Source: Antedon mediterranea
Lineage: Eukaryota > Animalia > Echinodermata
DNA length: 64,000 nt
NCBI RefSeq assembly: GCF_964355755.1
Contig: NC_092675.1
Location: 11,217,812-11,281,811, forward strand
Reading direction: 5' to 3'
The first letter of the stretch is position 1. Every line of letters starts with the position of its first letter. Under the pieces are notes generated by a model. The model saw only the letters and a list, made by a program, of their open reading frames with translations, ran no database searches and was not told the origin of the DNA. A program made the position numbers and the translations under genes. Positions 49,070 to 62,617 of the stretch are shown here, piece by piece.

Positions 49070-52000
49070 AGGTGATCATTTAGAATAAAATGATAACCTA
49101 TTGTTATTGTATGAAATCTTTATTCTTTTTAGGTGATCATTTAGAATAAAATTATCTGAAAAAGTTAAATGTCAATAATCACAAAAATTTCAGAATATCT
49201 TTAAAATAATTTAATTTAGTCATAGTTAGCTTTTCAGCGTGATCACTCGTCCGTGACGTCATTTATACTCCATTTTGTGAAATCACATTATCAATCATAT
49301 CTCCATAACTCTTTATCACATATCAATAAAATTCACTATACGTAAAATTCAGGTAAAGGGTAAAATTAGTCAATAAAATGCACGCGCACGTAGGGTCATG
49401 CGCGTAAAATCGCGCGTTACAAATTTAAAAAGCTCAAAATTAAGTTTTGATCAATTTAGAGCATGAATTAGGCCATTTGCGAGTTTAAAAAAATGACTGC
49501 GCAAAAAAAAATGTTTGCGCGAGCGATACTTAAAAAGCGTAAAAAAAATGATTTTTTTTACAAATCGCATTCTACGCACCATCCTTAGTACATTTACCAA
49601 ATTTGAGTAAATTCCGACTTAAAATAATGCTATACGAGCATGTTAAAAATGACAAAATGCGCAAATTAATTGCACAAAAGTGCTGAAAATGGTAAAAAAT
49701 ATGGCAATTTTAAAATGAAAATATTTCTTCAGAATGGACGATGACCCCTAATTTTTTTAACTTATGCTGGAAACCATTTTTTGTAGACATAACTTTTTAT
49801 ATCTTTGTCATAAGATTGACCTGTAGCTGTAGATGTGCAGGAAACTTCATTATAGACGTTAGAGTCGCGCAGCGTAAGTTACGCGCAATTTTATGAATTT
49901 CAATGATTGATCATAGATTATAAACCAAAAGTCATTTTGTATTGACACTTGGTGAACATTTAAGTCATATCAAGGGCAAACTTTCTATGGATTAAAAATG
50001 GCATGTTTTACAAGTTACGCGCGCACGCGCATTTAAAGTTTCAAAATGCGCAAAATTAATTTCTAATCAATTTTCTACGCTGATCATGATATTTTGAGCA
50101 TGTCAAAAATTTCTGCGCGCGCGAAAAAATTTATGTGTATGGTGCGCACGGAGTACGAAAATCATGTTTTTTCCTTTTGAATTGCAATTTTCCAGCCTTT
50201 CCTATTCATTTTTAACTGACATCATTTCAAATTAAAATGACGTCATACGAACACGTTGATTAATACGATTTGCCCGCGTTTTAGTTGAAAAAGTTACACA
50301 ATATTGTCAAAATAATGGCAATTTTGAATCTATTATAGCTCTTCAGGATCAAAGGTGACCCCAATTTTTTTTACTTATTGTGTAAGAAGATAAATTGTAG
50401 ATATGAATTCATGCAGAATTTTTACCTGTCGGGTGTTATGACGTCATCGTATGGCCACACGAATGTAAAATATAGGATTTTTGTCTTTTTCGTTATTGCT
50501 CATCACATTCAACAGAGCGCATCTCGCTTATACACATTCAATTTCCTCCGAGATTTTGATATTGTCTCTGTCAATAAACTATCTTTCGCATGAGTTAAAA
50601 ATATTTTAATTTTTATGATGTCATCATGTCTAAAAATATAAATAACGTGGGTCACCTATTTTCATCTTTACAGTAAATTTCAATCTGTTATAGCTCGTCA
50701 GAATAAAAAGTGATAATCATGATTAAAACGTTTTCTGGAAGCTATTCGAATTTAGATACGAATTCATGTGAATATTTTGCCAATCAGATGTTGTGAAGTC
50801 ATCATATGGCCAGTTGAATTCAAATGCGTAAATGTTCATTGCGTTTAAACGAGAGCGCATCTGTCTTTTACGTGCCCAAAATTCTTCTTGTATTAATGTG
50901 ATTATTTAGATAATTATCTTCTAAAATTGTTATCTTTATATGTCAATTTGATGACGTCATCGTGTTAATAATTGGATTTAAAAGATGGGTTTCGTAATTT
51001 CGCCTATGCTATTGCTACACTGTATATAACATATAGTGTATTCTGTAAATACTGTAATATGCTGTATGCTACAAAATAGGTATAATTCAGAACTTTAAAC
51101 ATACTTAATTCATGTCATCGGATGGCATAATAATTGTCGAAGTTCATATAGTTTAAAGTATGTGCATGTTGCGTTTGCGCGGATAACCCGAACTCGTCAA
51201 AGTGACGAGTTCAAATCTAGTTCTTCTTTCTTTCTGTTTGATTTTTGTGTAACGCTTTTCTCTAAAACTTGCAAACATAACATTTTGTTAACTATCTTAA
51301 CATATTGACATTTACGTAACATCGTCAAGCAAAGCTTTTCATGACGTTTACAATTGCGTAGCGTGACTTACGCGCGATTTAACGATTTTCTCGTATTTAA
51401 CATAGGTCGAAAACCAAATAACATTTCAAATTGAAACTTTGCAAAAGTTTAATTTATATCATGCGCTAACTTTCCGTAGAAACAAAATTGCGTGTTTTAC
51501 ACAAAGTTACGCATGCGCGCGCATTTAATATTCCAAAATGAGCAAAATTAATTTCTAATCAATTTTACGCATTTCATGTCGTTTTAAGCATGTAAAACAT
51601 TCCCACGCGTGCGCAAATTTTTAGCATAAAACACATATTTCTTTTGCGTGATTTATGTTTTTCCAGCCTTTTCTAGTAATTTTACCAACTTTTAAACAAT
51701 TTCGACTTAAAGTTACGTCATACGAGCACGTCGAATTGGACAATTTGCGCGTGTTTTGATGAAAAAGTACAAAAATTCGTCAAAATTATGCCTTTTTTTA
51801 AACAGTCGTAATTTCTAAACTGCACGGTCAACTTTTTGTGGATGACATATTCTGGAAGTTGATGAGTTGTAGATATCGGATCATGTATTATTATGGCCAA
51901 CCTGACATTGTGACGTCATCGTATGGCCACGCGAATATAAAATTTAGGATTTTTGTATCTTTCGTCATAGCTCATCACATTTATTAGAGCGCATCTCCAC

Positions 52001-52728
52001 TTATCCGTTTTCCATTTTCACCCCAATTTTGATATTGTCTAGGTCAATCAACTATCTGTCGCATGAGTTAAAAATATTTTAATTTTTATGACGTCATCAT
52101 GCCTAAAAATTTAAATTACGTGTAGCATTAATTACATCTTTACAGTAAATTTTAATCTGTTATAGCTCGTAAGAATAAAATGTGATAATCACGATTAAAA
52201 CGTTTTCTGGAAGCTATTGGATTGTAGATACGAATTCATGTGAAAATGTTGCCAATCGGATGTTGTGACGTCATCATATGGCCAGTTAAATAAAAAAAGT
52301 TGTATTTTCATCTTTTGCATCATAATTCATTACATTTAAAAGAGCGCGCATCAATATTTCACGTATTCAAATTTCTTCTACACGTTAATATGTTGTTGCT
52401 GAGATAATTTCCTTCCGAAATTGCTACCTTCGCGTTTCATTTTAAAACCGTCAACATGTTAAAATATGCAATAATTAGCGGGTCCCGTAATTTCACCTAT
52501 TCTACACTGTATGTGATATGGATCCAGATTATACTGTGTATACTATATATGAATCAAAATAATAGAATTCAGCAATAACAACATATCATATTCTTCAGTT
52601 CAGGTCATAATGCCAACGTGAACACTTCCTTTTGTCCTCAAACTATCCCCTTAATGTTAAAACGTCCATGTTGCACCACTTGCGTGGCGGATAACCGAAC
52701 TCGTCAAAGTGACGAGTTTCATGTCTAG
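49070..52728 (+). mobile_element. Two tandem Helentron-type (HINE family A) elements
   Basis: Two 3' ends gcggataacc-gaactcgtca-aag-tgacgagtt...CTAG|tt at 51220 and 52728; shared internal sequence with each other and with 3977-5512; left boundary approximate. Confidence 0.75.
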
Positions 52729-52998
52729 TTTGATATATAAATCGTTTTCTATGAACAAGTTTTTTTTCAAAATCAGATTTTGGTGTCAAAAATCGTATTG
52801 GTTTGCAACAGTTGTTCATGCATATGTAATATTAACATTACTGAGAAGCTATTGAATTTGTTAAAATGTACAGTACATTTGGGTAGCATTCAAGAGATTA
52901 TTCTTAAATTAACATGTATGTTTATATACTATATTTGACTGAGTTAAGTACAAAGTTTAACATTTTCTAAGTGAGTACCTCTGCTTTATTATCTGTAG

Positions 52999-53052
52999 TA
53001 TTTCTCTGATGGTGCAAACATACCTGAAGCTTGACAGAGTTGATTTGGCCAG
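52999..53052 (+). CDS. COPE: COPE exon 6 (ISLMVQTYLKLDRVDLAR)
   Basis: LKLDR.DLAR; phases 2/2. Confidence 0.95.
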
Positions 53053-54065
53053 GTAAGCTTTTAGAATTAGTCGCTACAATTTCAATTTAATTACATAAGT
53101 TTGTACTGAAAAGAACTGTTTTTATATATAGTACAGTATATGTATTTGTATAATGTACCGTTGTATAACAACAGAATGAATAAATTTGGGTGACCCCCTA
53201 GTCCAGTAAAGATTAGTCAAAAATAGGGTGAACCTTAAACAAATTGCAACAGAATTCATATCCAAAATCGGACATCGGGAAAGTGGGTTAATTAGCATAA
53301 ATTAACAACCCCTTTTAAATTATGTTGATGTGTTGTTAAGCAGTATCTTTAAGTTATGGTTCTTCATCCTTATTGGACATTGAATGTCCTTTTTATATGC
53401 TCATTACATTTTGGAAACGGCATTCAAAAGATAAACATTATTTATGTCATAAAAAGTTGTTGGCTCATAAATGATCGACACAAAACAGATGCAATTTCTG
53501 GCAATGAAATAGCAACCTTGAATGCAGAATGGAAATGCTGACTACTGCTGCAGTATAACATTTATCATTTCATGTGTTATCTCAATTTTGGATTTTTAGC
53601 GGCCATTTTGAATTTATTGTAAACCCCCTTCTTAAAGTCCGGCTTTAGTCAACTTTGGATATGTTTCAACAGGGAAATGTTAGAAAATTGTTTTCCTGCA
53701 GTTTCTACTCCTTTTTTTATCATAAGATAATATCATTTAAGCAGTTATAACATAATATATGACGACACAACTACCTTATGACGACATAGTTACGTCATAT
53801 GTAAATTAAAAAATATGGTAAATAGTAAGTTTAATGTCACTATATCTGCCTGCAATGCACTTAGGTGGTCTAAAACCAACCTTTAAGGAGATACAGAGCT
53901 TTAAAATGGTATAGTAAATAGTGGCCATTTTTTATTTATGGTAATTAACCCACTTCCTGATGTCCAATTTTGGTAAACTTTGGAGATGATGTTCATTTCA
54001 ACAAGGAGAATGTTAAGAAACTTGTTTTCCTGCAGTTTCTAAATGTTCGCATAGTATGTCATTAA

Positions 54066-54301
54066 AGCCTGGTTTCCATTGAAATCGCTACACGCGCAGA
54101 TGTCGCCGACGCAATCGGGAAGGCTCCCCGATTCATCGCAGTCAAATCGGCAAAGTTCAACCATGTTCAACTTTGCCGATTTTGTCGGCAATGAATCGTA
54201 TATGCAGATATATCTGCTCGCGTACTAGATCCCCGATAAATTCTAGCGTTTCCATAGAATCGCTACGCTCTGTCGTGTAACGATTTTATGGAAACCAGGC
54301 T
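54066..54301. mobile_element. Short MITE (Harbinger- or Kolobok-like)
   Basis: 14-bp TIR agcctggtttccat/atggaaaccaggct flanked by TTAA on both sides. Confidence 0.8.
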
Positions 54302-54456
54302 TTAAGCAGTTACAACATAATATATGATGTCACAACATTACTATCATATGATGTCATAGGTACGTCATATGGCAATTTAACCATGCTAATTAGAATGTTC
54401 AATATCACATTTATATCTACTCGTAATGCACTTAATCCAACTGTTAAGAATATATG

Positions 54457-55276
54457 GGGTGTCTAGAAAACTCAGATCTAGAAAACTCAGATATCTGACT
54501 TTTCTAGATCTAGAAAACTCAGATATCTGACTTTTCTAGATCTAGAAAACTCAGATATCAATATCTGGGTTTTCTAATTGCAAAATGGAACTAGAAAACT
54601 CAGATCATCATATGATTGGTTGGTAGATCATTTGGATCATTCCATTATTAATCAGAAGGTAGGTCATTTGAAATACTAGAGTATTATATTATTGAAACTG
54701 GTTACTTCTTACTAATGTTGTAACATGTAGAAGCGGCCTACGGCTTAAATCATAAAGAAAATACAGTGCACGTTACCGTTAAATGTAGGCTTAAAAATTA
54801 GGTATGTACGAGTTGGTGTGGGTACGAGTTGGTTGAGGTACGAGTTAGCCAAGTTGGAAATAGGTACAAGTTATTTTGGGTACGAGTTGACTACTTTTAG
54901 CCTAGTACCTGGGCCAGGCCTACTCTTCGCGATACATCACGATATCGCTAACACGTTGAGCCGTAAAATTGAGTTTTCTTAGCTAGGCTCGGCCTAAATG
55001 CTAAGCCTACATTTTAAAAGGTGTATACTGTATTTCTCTATGATTTAACATAGGCCGCTACTACAAGTTACAATAATTATTATTATTAGTAAGAAAACGT
55101 ATAATACTGTAGTATTTCAAACAAGCTACCCTCTGATAATAATGGAATGATCTATTTGGTGATCTGGGTTTTCTAGTTCTATTTTGGAACTAGAAAACTC
55201 AGATATTGATATCTGAGTTTTCTAGATCTAAAAAACTGAGATCTGAGTTTTCTAGATCTGAGTTTTCTAGACACCT
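54457..55276. mobile_element. Mutator/foldback MITE with 15-bp ctagaaaactcagat repeats in its TIRs
   Basis: 9-bp TSD GAATATATG (54448-54456, 55277-55285); long imperfect TIRs. Confidence 0.88.
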
Positions 55277-55721
55277 GAATATATGGGCCTTTAAAATAGC
55301 AAATGGCAGCCATTTTGAATTTATTCTAATTAACCCACTTCCCGATGTCCGATTTTGGTAAACTTTTGGTAAGCTCTCACGTTCAAATTTTGTTGCAATT
55401 TGTTCTAGGTACAACCATACTTTTACTGGACTACCCCACGAAAGGCGAAAAGAAACATCATCATTGGCTTGCATGTTATGCCTTTTTCCTTAGAAAAAAA
55501 CAAATTCTTCCATAATTATATATTATTAAATTTAAAAAAGGCGCATGAAAATGTTAAGCTTTACAGTATTGAAAATTCTTTGATTTTACAATTATTTTTC
55601 TCTTGTGTAATACATCCCTCAATGTATTTAAATTAATTCTTTGGAGAGTGGTTGAACCATTGACACTTTAGCGTAGAAGATATTATTCAATACCTTGAAA
55701 ATTGTCTGTATTAAATTCTAG

Positions 55722-55803
55722 AAAAGAAGTAAAGCGTATGCAGGAAATTGATGATGATGCAACACTAACACAGCTAGCTCAAGCCTGGTTCAATCTTGCA
55801 GTG
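55722..55803 (+). CDS. COPE: COPE exon 7 ([27 protein letters not shown]); gene continues past the window
   Basis: [10 protein letters not shown] motif; GTG|GTGAGT donor; next expected exon (GGEKLQ...) not seen in the window. Confidence 0.96.
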
Positions 55804-56163
55804 GTGAGTCCATTCATAGCTAATTGTGATAATGAAGTAAAGTTAGTAGTGGTAGGTAAAGTTACATGTATATACGGATATCTTATTTAATCTTTACTCA
55901 GACGATTACCTAATTTTGTCCAGCATCATAGGCAAATTATGTGATGCAGCTTGTATGGCATGTTTGATGACCCTAACCTAACACTTAACCTAACCTGTGT
56001 ACAATAAACACATGTGACACACAAAATATGCTGTATTATGAAATTTGCCTATGATACTGAACATATGTGGAGATACAGCAATCTGGTGCTTTACTGATGA
56101 TGTATTGAGTCATACCCCTAGTATGTGAACAATGTACTATCGATAATAAATATATAACAACTT

Positions 56164-59000
56164 TAGTACAGGAAAGATATGCTCAGCATCAGTAAAAGGT
56201 TGAAAAAATTGCAACATAATTTTTTTCACCACAATGCATTTCTAAAAGGTCCCTATATGAACATACTAAAAGTCTAGAAAAATCTAGGTAGGGGAAATAG
56301 GTTTTTTTAAACAAAATGGCCGCCAATGGCGAAAAATGTCTAAAAATGAACAAAAAACATATATTGTATATCTAATTACCACTTGATAGCAGTTTTTATA
56401 ATGCTTTTTATATTTCTTTAGTGTCAAACATTTAAACTGCAATATACATATTAATTTAAGTGCTATTTAGCAGTAAAAACACACATTTAGGTATCAAGAT
56501 ATCACCACGGTTATAATAATAGACAACGTAGTCCTATGCATTATAATGCAGGACTACGGTGTCTAATAAAGCAGTTCATTTACATTTGTACTGTCACAAC
56601 AATAGAATTATACAATCTTACAATCTATTAATCCATTCATTTTCATTGTCCAGTTATCATCCTCTGTCTATAGGTAGGAATTAAGCATGTGCTGATGCCG
56701 TGGTATTCGTCACAAACAGTGGTACTGGTGGTAAATTTGTCATCAATGGACACATCACGCCATTTGTAACTTTCCATCCCCCAGTCTGTGGGTTGAAGAG
56801 TATTTTCTATCCACTGCTGTACCATGGTAATATACATAATATACACATACATAATAGACATTTTGCAGCATTTGTTGTTGGGGGGAATAGACTTTATTTC
56901 AAGTGCTGTTTTGCTTTTTGCTACTTTCTCCCAGAACGTATTCCTCCATACAGTATATAGCTACCATTGCCAATGCCAATTCCTCTGATGCAATGGTTTC
57001 GTTATTTTGGAGATGTTTGGTTTTACAGAGTTTAAGCGTACTACTGCCCAGGTGTTATGAATTTTTAAGACTAACACCTTTTCCTATACCAAATAGATGA
57101 AGCAACCGTGACAGAGTATTAATTTAAGAGGAAAGAACATATTATTACACTATGGGTCAAAATCAGCCATATTCATCAATAGAGAAGCAGTCCACATTCC
57201 CTTACATATACTATTTCATCATTGATTGCTATGTGAGACAGTCATACACAATGCATCATTTGTTGAAAAAGAACCTTTTCCTGCAGCCCTCTTTTACTCC
57301 ATTGACTCCATACACACTGCTAGACTACTCAGAAACCTTCATCTCACTGCCCACTGTATGTTATCAATGGGGGAGCACTGCTACATCAAACCTCTTGGCC
57401 CGAAACATCAACATTTCAAGACATTTATTGTACCATGTATGTTTGTTACGTTATGTGAAGGCAAAGTAAACTCTTGTGTTTAATGGCTATAATTATGGGC
57501 CGTAGGTAAATTTGGTTTAGGAAAAGGTGTTGGTCTTAAAAATCATCACATCACAGTTGGAGTTGTATGTCAAATTCTGTAAACCAAACAGTTTCCATAA
57601 AAAAAAGAAAACATTGCATCAGGAATTTGGCATTGGTAGCTATATATGGAGGGAAGTCAATGGAGACAGCCTACTTTTCTTTGAGAAAGTTGCAAAAAGC
57701 AAATCTATTCCCTTGCTGCAAAATTTCATTTTGTGAGCCTTTATTACCAGGTATAGCAATGGATAGGAAATACTCTTCAACCCACAGACTAGGGATGGAA
57801 AGTATTGATGACAAATTTACTACCAGCACCAGAGAAACTATTAAAGTTGATTAGATGTACCTAAGGTTGTAGTAAAATGAATTGCAGTTGCAGAAAACAT
57901 GGTTTGGACTGTTTCACTATTTTTTAAGAATGCCACGGCATCAGCACATGCTCAATTCCCCACCAATAGATGGAGGATGAGATACTGACAAGATAAAAGT
58001 GAAATTACCGCATTTATTTGAATAAATGCCCTTGGTGGTTGATTTTTAAGAAGGGTAGTGGGGGCGTGTAATCGCCGTGAGGAGTTTATTCGGAGAGGCG
58101 TTTATTTTTGTGGGTGTAATGTGGTAACATGTATAATCAAATAAATACACCCTTTAGATATGAACAAATACAACACCATCATGTCATTCAGTGAATTCTA
58201 TTACGAATAGAAATGTGTTAAAATACAATATTGTGTATAATATGCATGTGGCGGGGTGTACATTCGAGGAAATAAATTCAAAATGATGTCCGATGGGGGC
58301 GGTGGTGTAGGTTATTCAAAATATTATACCAGTAAAGGGTAGTTTTAGTCACTTTTAAAAATGAAAATCCTTGAAACAGCACTCAATGAGGTATTGTTTT
58401 ATATTAGGAAATAACATCATATTGTCTACATATACTCCCGAAAATAGCCAATTGGGGAGAGGGGATAGGGGGACAGACTCCCTCACCCTTCCCATATTAT
58501 CTCCCATCCCTATACCCCTCCCCACTGGCACCACCATTGTTATAATATATTGTTATAACAGTAGTACAAATGTAAATAAACTGATTTATTATTAGACACC
58601 GTAATCCTATACATTAAGCATAGGAAGGACTGTGTTTTATATATTATAACAATAGGGATATATCTAGATACTTAAACATTTGTTTTGCGGCCATTTTCTA
58701 ATTAACAGCACTTAAAATAATGTGTATATTGTAGTTCAGATCTACAAAACTGTAAAGAAATATAAAAATCATTGTAAAAACTGCTATAAAGTGGTAATTA
58801 GATCTACTATTTATGTTTTTTGTCCTTTTTTAGGCATTTTCGCCATTAGCGGCCATTTTGTTTGTAAAAAACCCTATTTCCCCTACCTGGATTTTTCTAG
58901 ACTTTTAATATGTTCATATAGGGACCTTATAGAAATGCATTGTGGTGAAATAAATTCTGTTGCAATTTTTTCAACCATATTTCATAGTTTTCCTGTACTA
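56164..59000. mobile_element. Academ-like element with transposase remnants in both orientations
   Basis: tagtacaggaaa/tttcctgtacta termini, TSD CTT, ~400-bp imperfect TIRs; decayed QW.GNTLQPTDWGW...PAPEKLLKLIRC..GC....CSCRKHGLDC on plus (57755-57960) with a related copy on minus (56680-57110). Confidence 0.8.
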
Positions 59001-59197
59001 CTTTGACATTCAATCTTCTATATAAAAATTAAACAGATTTTTTTTTTAATGAGTACAGTACTAATATTAGTATTACACTGTACTGTACACAAATTTGTTT
59101 TGTGCTGCAGTCGATACTAATAAAGTACAATATCAAAACAAAGCTTCATTGATGTGTCATGCTTGAGGAACTTCAAATAGGCTAGCATAATAATAAT

Positions 59198-59795
59198 AAC
59201 TAGAAAGCCACTCCGAGAGTGCATACCTCCACCTACTGTAAAATTCTCCTACATAAGATTTTTCCGGTAAAAAAAAATATATATTTGTGTGTGTCTTAAT
59301 GCTGTTTGTGATTAAGGCTAATTTCACTACAAGCATGTGTATGCGAGTTTGGTGTAATGGTTATGTAACAAGCCTTTCAATTATCAATAGCTTTCAGTTG
59401 ACTAACAATAGAACAGCAACGCAATAATCAAACAAGTGAAGAAATAGGTTTTTTAAACTACTCGCATCAAAAAACGTGCACATTAAATCAAATTATGTTT
59501 TAAAATTACAAATCACAAATCTTGCCTCTTGTACAAAAATGAAGTTTTTTGGATAAGTAGTTCTCGAGAAAATGCAATTTCAGTTTACTTACTTTAAGAC
59601 TGCTCGCCGGCTTTTGAAAACTTCTGTCCTATCTTTTAACACTAGCAGGTCTGAAAAGTATACTAAAAAGTGGTCCAGAATTAAGACCATGGTAAAGATC
59701 TTGTAATTACTTTTTGATTAATCCTGCTAACAAACAAACAGACAAACAAACACACGCACGCTACCGATTACATATACCTCCTTGGCGGAGGTAAA
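59198..59795 (-). mobile_element. HINE family B, copy 2
   Basis: Same termini as 24326-24756 (aactag...ctccgagagt..acctcc; acctccttggcggaggta). Confidence 0.75.
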
Positions 59796-62617
59796 TAATA
59801 ATAATAATAATATTAATGAAAGCACTCAGAAACTGAGTGAAGTACTTGGCAAAATATATCCACTGACTCGAAGCATGTTGAAAGATACATTTTTTGCTTT
59901 AGGTATTAGCTTTACATGGTTAAAATCCTGCTGGGGTTAATAATTTGTTTAAATAATTTTTTGATACAAACAATTCCGGCATTGCAACAATGACCTTTCT
60001 AAAATCAAGATTGACCAGAATAATGATGGAGGAGTGTTTTGAAGCTGTGCCGATTTCCTTAACCCATGTAGTAAGCTTAACCGCTTGACCAGTCGACTAA
60101 TGTTTTAGTCCATATCAAAGAATATGTCCATGTTAAAAGAAGACAGAATGCGTGCTATTTAATATATCATACGGAAGATAAGCTTTTGTGTCCATGTAAT
60201 AAAAGAAGACAGAATGCGTGCTATTTAATATAGCGGACGGAAGATAAGCTTTTGTGACAAACAATATATCAATTTACCTGAAAATCAATAGGCATGTTCT
60301 GTAGTATATACCTATGTACAGATTGAAATAAGGAAGGACACACGCTGGTACTAACAAAACTTATTATCAACTAACAATAGTTTAATTTGAATAACAATAG
60401 AACAGCAACGCCAAAAACAAACGGCTGAATTTGAAAATAAATAGGTTTTTTAAAACTACTCGTATGAAAAAGCCGGTACATTGAATCAACTTTTGTTTTA
60501 AAATTACAAATCACAAATTATAACCCTTGCCTCTTGTCCAAAAATGAGGTTTTTTGGACAAGTAGTTCTCAAGAAAATGTAATTTCAATTTACGTGTTAC
60601 TTTAAAACTGCTCACCGGCTTTTGAAAATTGTCTCCTATCTTTTAACACTAGCCGGTCTGAAAATAATATAATTTTTGTTATTTGTGAAGTTATTAATAA
60701 ACCAATTTTGTTGATTTTCAATAGGCATGGTCTGAAAGTATAAACCTATCTACACCCAAAAATTCAGGACAATAACTTGAAAACTGTAGGCGCTATCGTG
60801 CTAACAAACAAACAAACATACATACAAACATACAACATATTTAAACTTTTATTAGTAACATTCCACCTATTACAATATACAGCTAGTAATCATAAAATGC
60901 GGTTTTTGTAGTTGAGTCAAAATATGCTAAGGTGTTACATAATATGCCATTTTAATTTGTATTTATAAAAAATATTATATACTATACACTAATATGTGTA
61001 GGGAATTAATAGATAGTTTAACATGCAACGGTATAACTTACACAGTTTCATTTCACTTCACCCACTATTTTTTTTTTAAATTTCAAATTTGTTGTGATAA
61101 TTGCCTATTCTCACACCATGAATTTGTAACATTTTGAGTGTCACTTCATAATCCAATTTATATTTGATAATTGTGAAGTATAATAAAAAATATTGATTGG
61201 GATATTGGAAGTACATGTATAAACAATAAATAAAATCAATATATTGACACCACAATATTTTATTTTTGTATAATAAATTAATATCTTTGCTTGTGCTGAC
61301 GTGCGTTACTGTGTCCGTCAACAATCAAGTTTGACTAGGCCTAGGCTGGGTTAGGCCTAGAACAACGGCAATACGAAAACCAAAATGTTAAACAATTCAA
61401 GGATATGTTTACTCTATATAATGCATCAGATTTTAAATGTAATGTAATTTAATTGTATATAAATCCTGATTTTTAAAAAATGTCACCATTGTCTGTCAAA
61501 AACTAACGCACGCAATGTTTTCCTGTCATTACCGCCGAGAATGAGCAAACAGACGATACTACATGGCAGCCTACAAATATAGCTCTCGCGATGGCTTCCC
61601 GCTGCAAAAATTCTTCACAGAAGGTAAACTTGCGTCGCTAAACGACGAAAACTAGTTTCTGTCAAAAATATAACGAACGCAAGATATAACGCACGTAAGT
61701 ACTTAACATTATTAGAAATCATGAATAAATACATTTAGAACATAAATGCATAGTTTAGGCTTTATATATTTAATTCTAGTGGTATTTTAGGCCTAATAAT
61801 TACCTCGGTACGGCTGGGTTAGGGTGAACCGTCTCGAGCGACAGCGATAGGTACATGCCTAGGCTAATTTGCTCAGTGTTTTGACTGACCTTTCTAAATC
61901 GTGCGTTATATTTGACAGATATTTCTTCCGTGCGTTAGGCCTTGACATATTTATTGGTTAGATTTTAGTTAATTTTTATATCATGGAATGTTCTTTTCAA
62001 GTTTTAATACATGTTATTCCTAGATTTTAGAACTATACTTCAAACAAGTAGCAATCGCTGGTACTCCGTCTCAGAGGAGCGCTGGCGAACAAGTGAATGT
62101 TTGTTAAAGGCTCTCGTGCGTTATATTTGACGGACGGCGGCCGTGTATATAAGGATTTAGCAGATCGTGTATTTCATTTCAATTACAAATAGCGTATTTT
62201 AATAGCTTTAATACTTCATAAAAAAATATTTAATGGAATTAAACAATTTAGTTTCATTTTGTGTGTTGATGATTAGGATGGTAAAATAATTTTGAAGTAT
62301 AACATTTAGTCCAATATAATTATAAATAAATAGATACTATAAATATTAATACCTATAATAAAAATATAGTTAAGTAACTAACAGGCTATTTAATTAGTAT
62401 TAACTCAATAATAATTAAGTATACTAAATTAAAACAAATATAAATAAAACAAATTAAAATATAAAAGAATAAATCAAATGTACTAACTAACTAAATAAAA
62501 ATATTTAAAGAAATATTAAATAAATAAAACATATAGATTTACTAATATAATAAATAAAAATATTAATAAAATAAATACAAAATTAATATTTTTTTCTGTA
62601 CTTGCTGTATTTTCAGA

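Larger units (their letters stand above)
53199..55433. mobile_element. Academ-like non-autonomous element hosting nested insertions
   Basis: tagtccagtaaa.../...tttactggacta termini; TSD CCC(C); subterminal aacaaattgcaaca/tgttgcaatttgtt. Confidence 0.7.
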
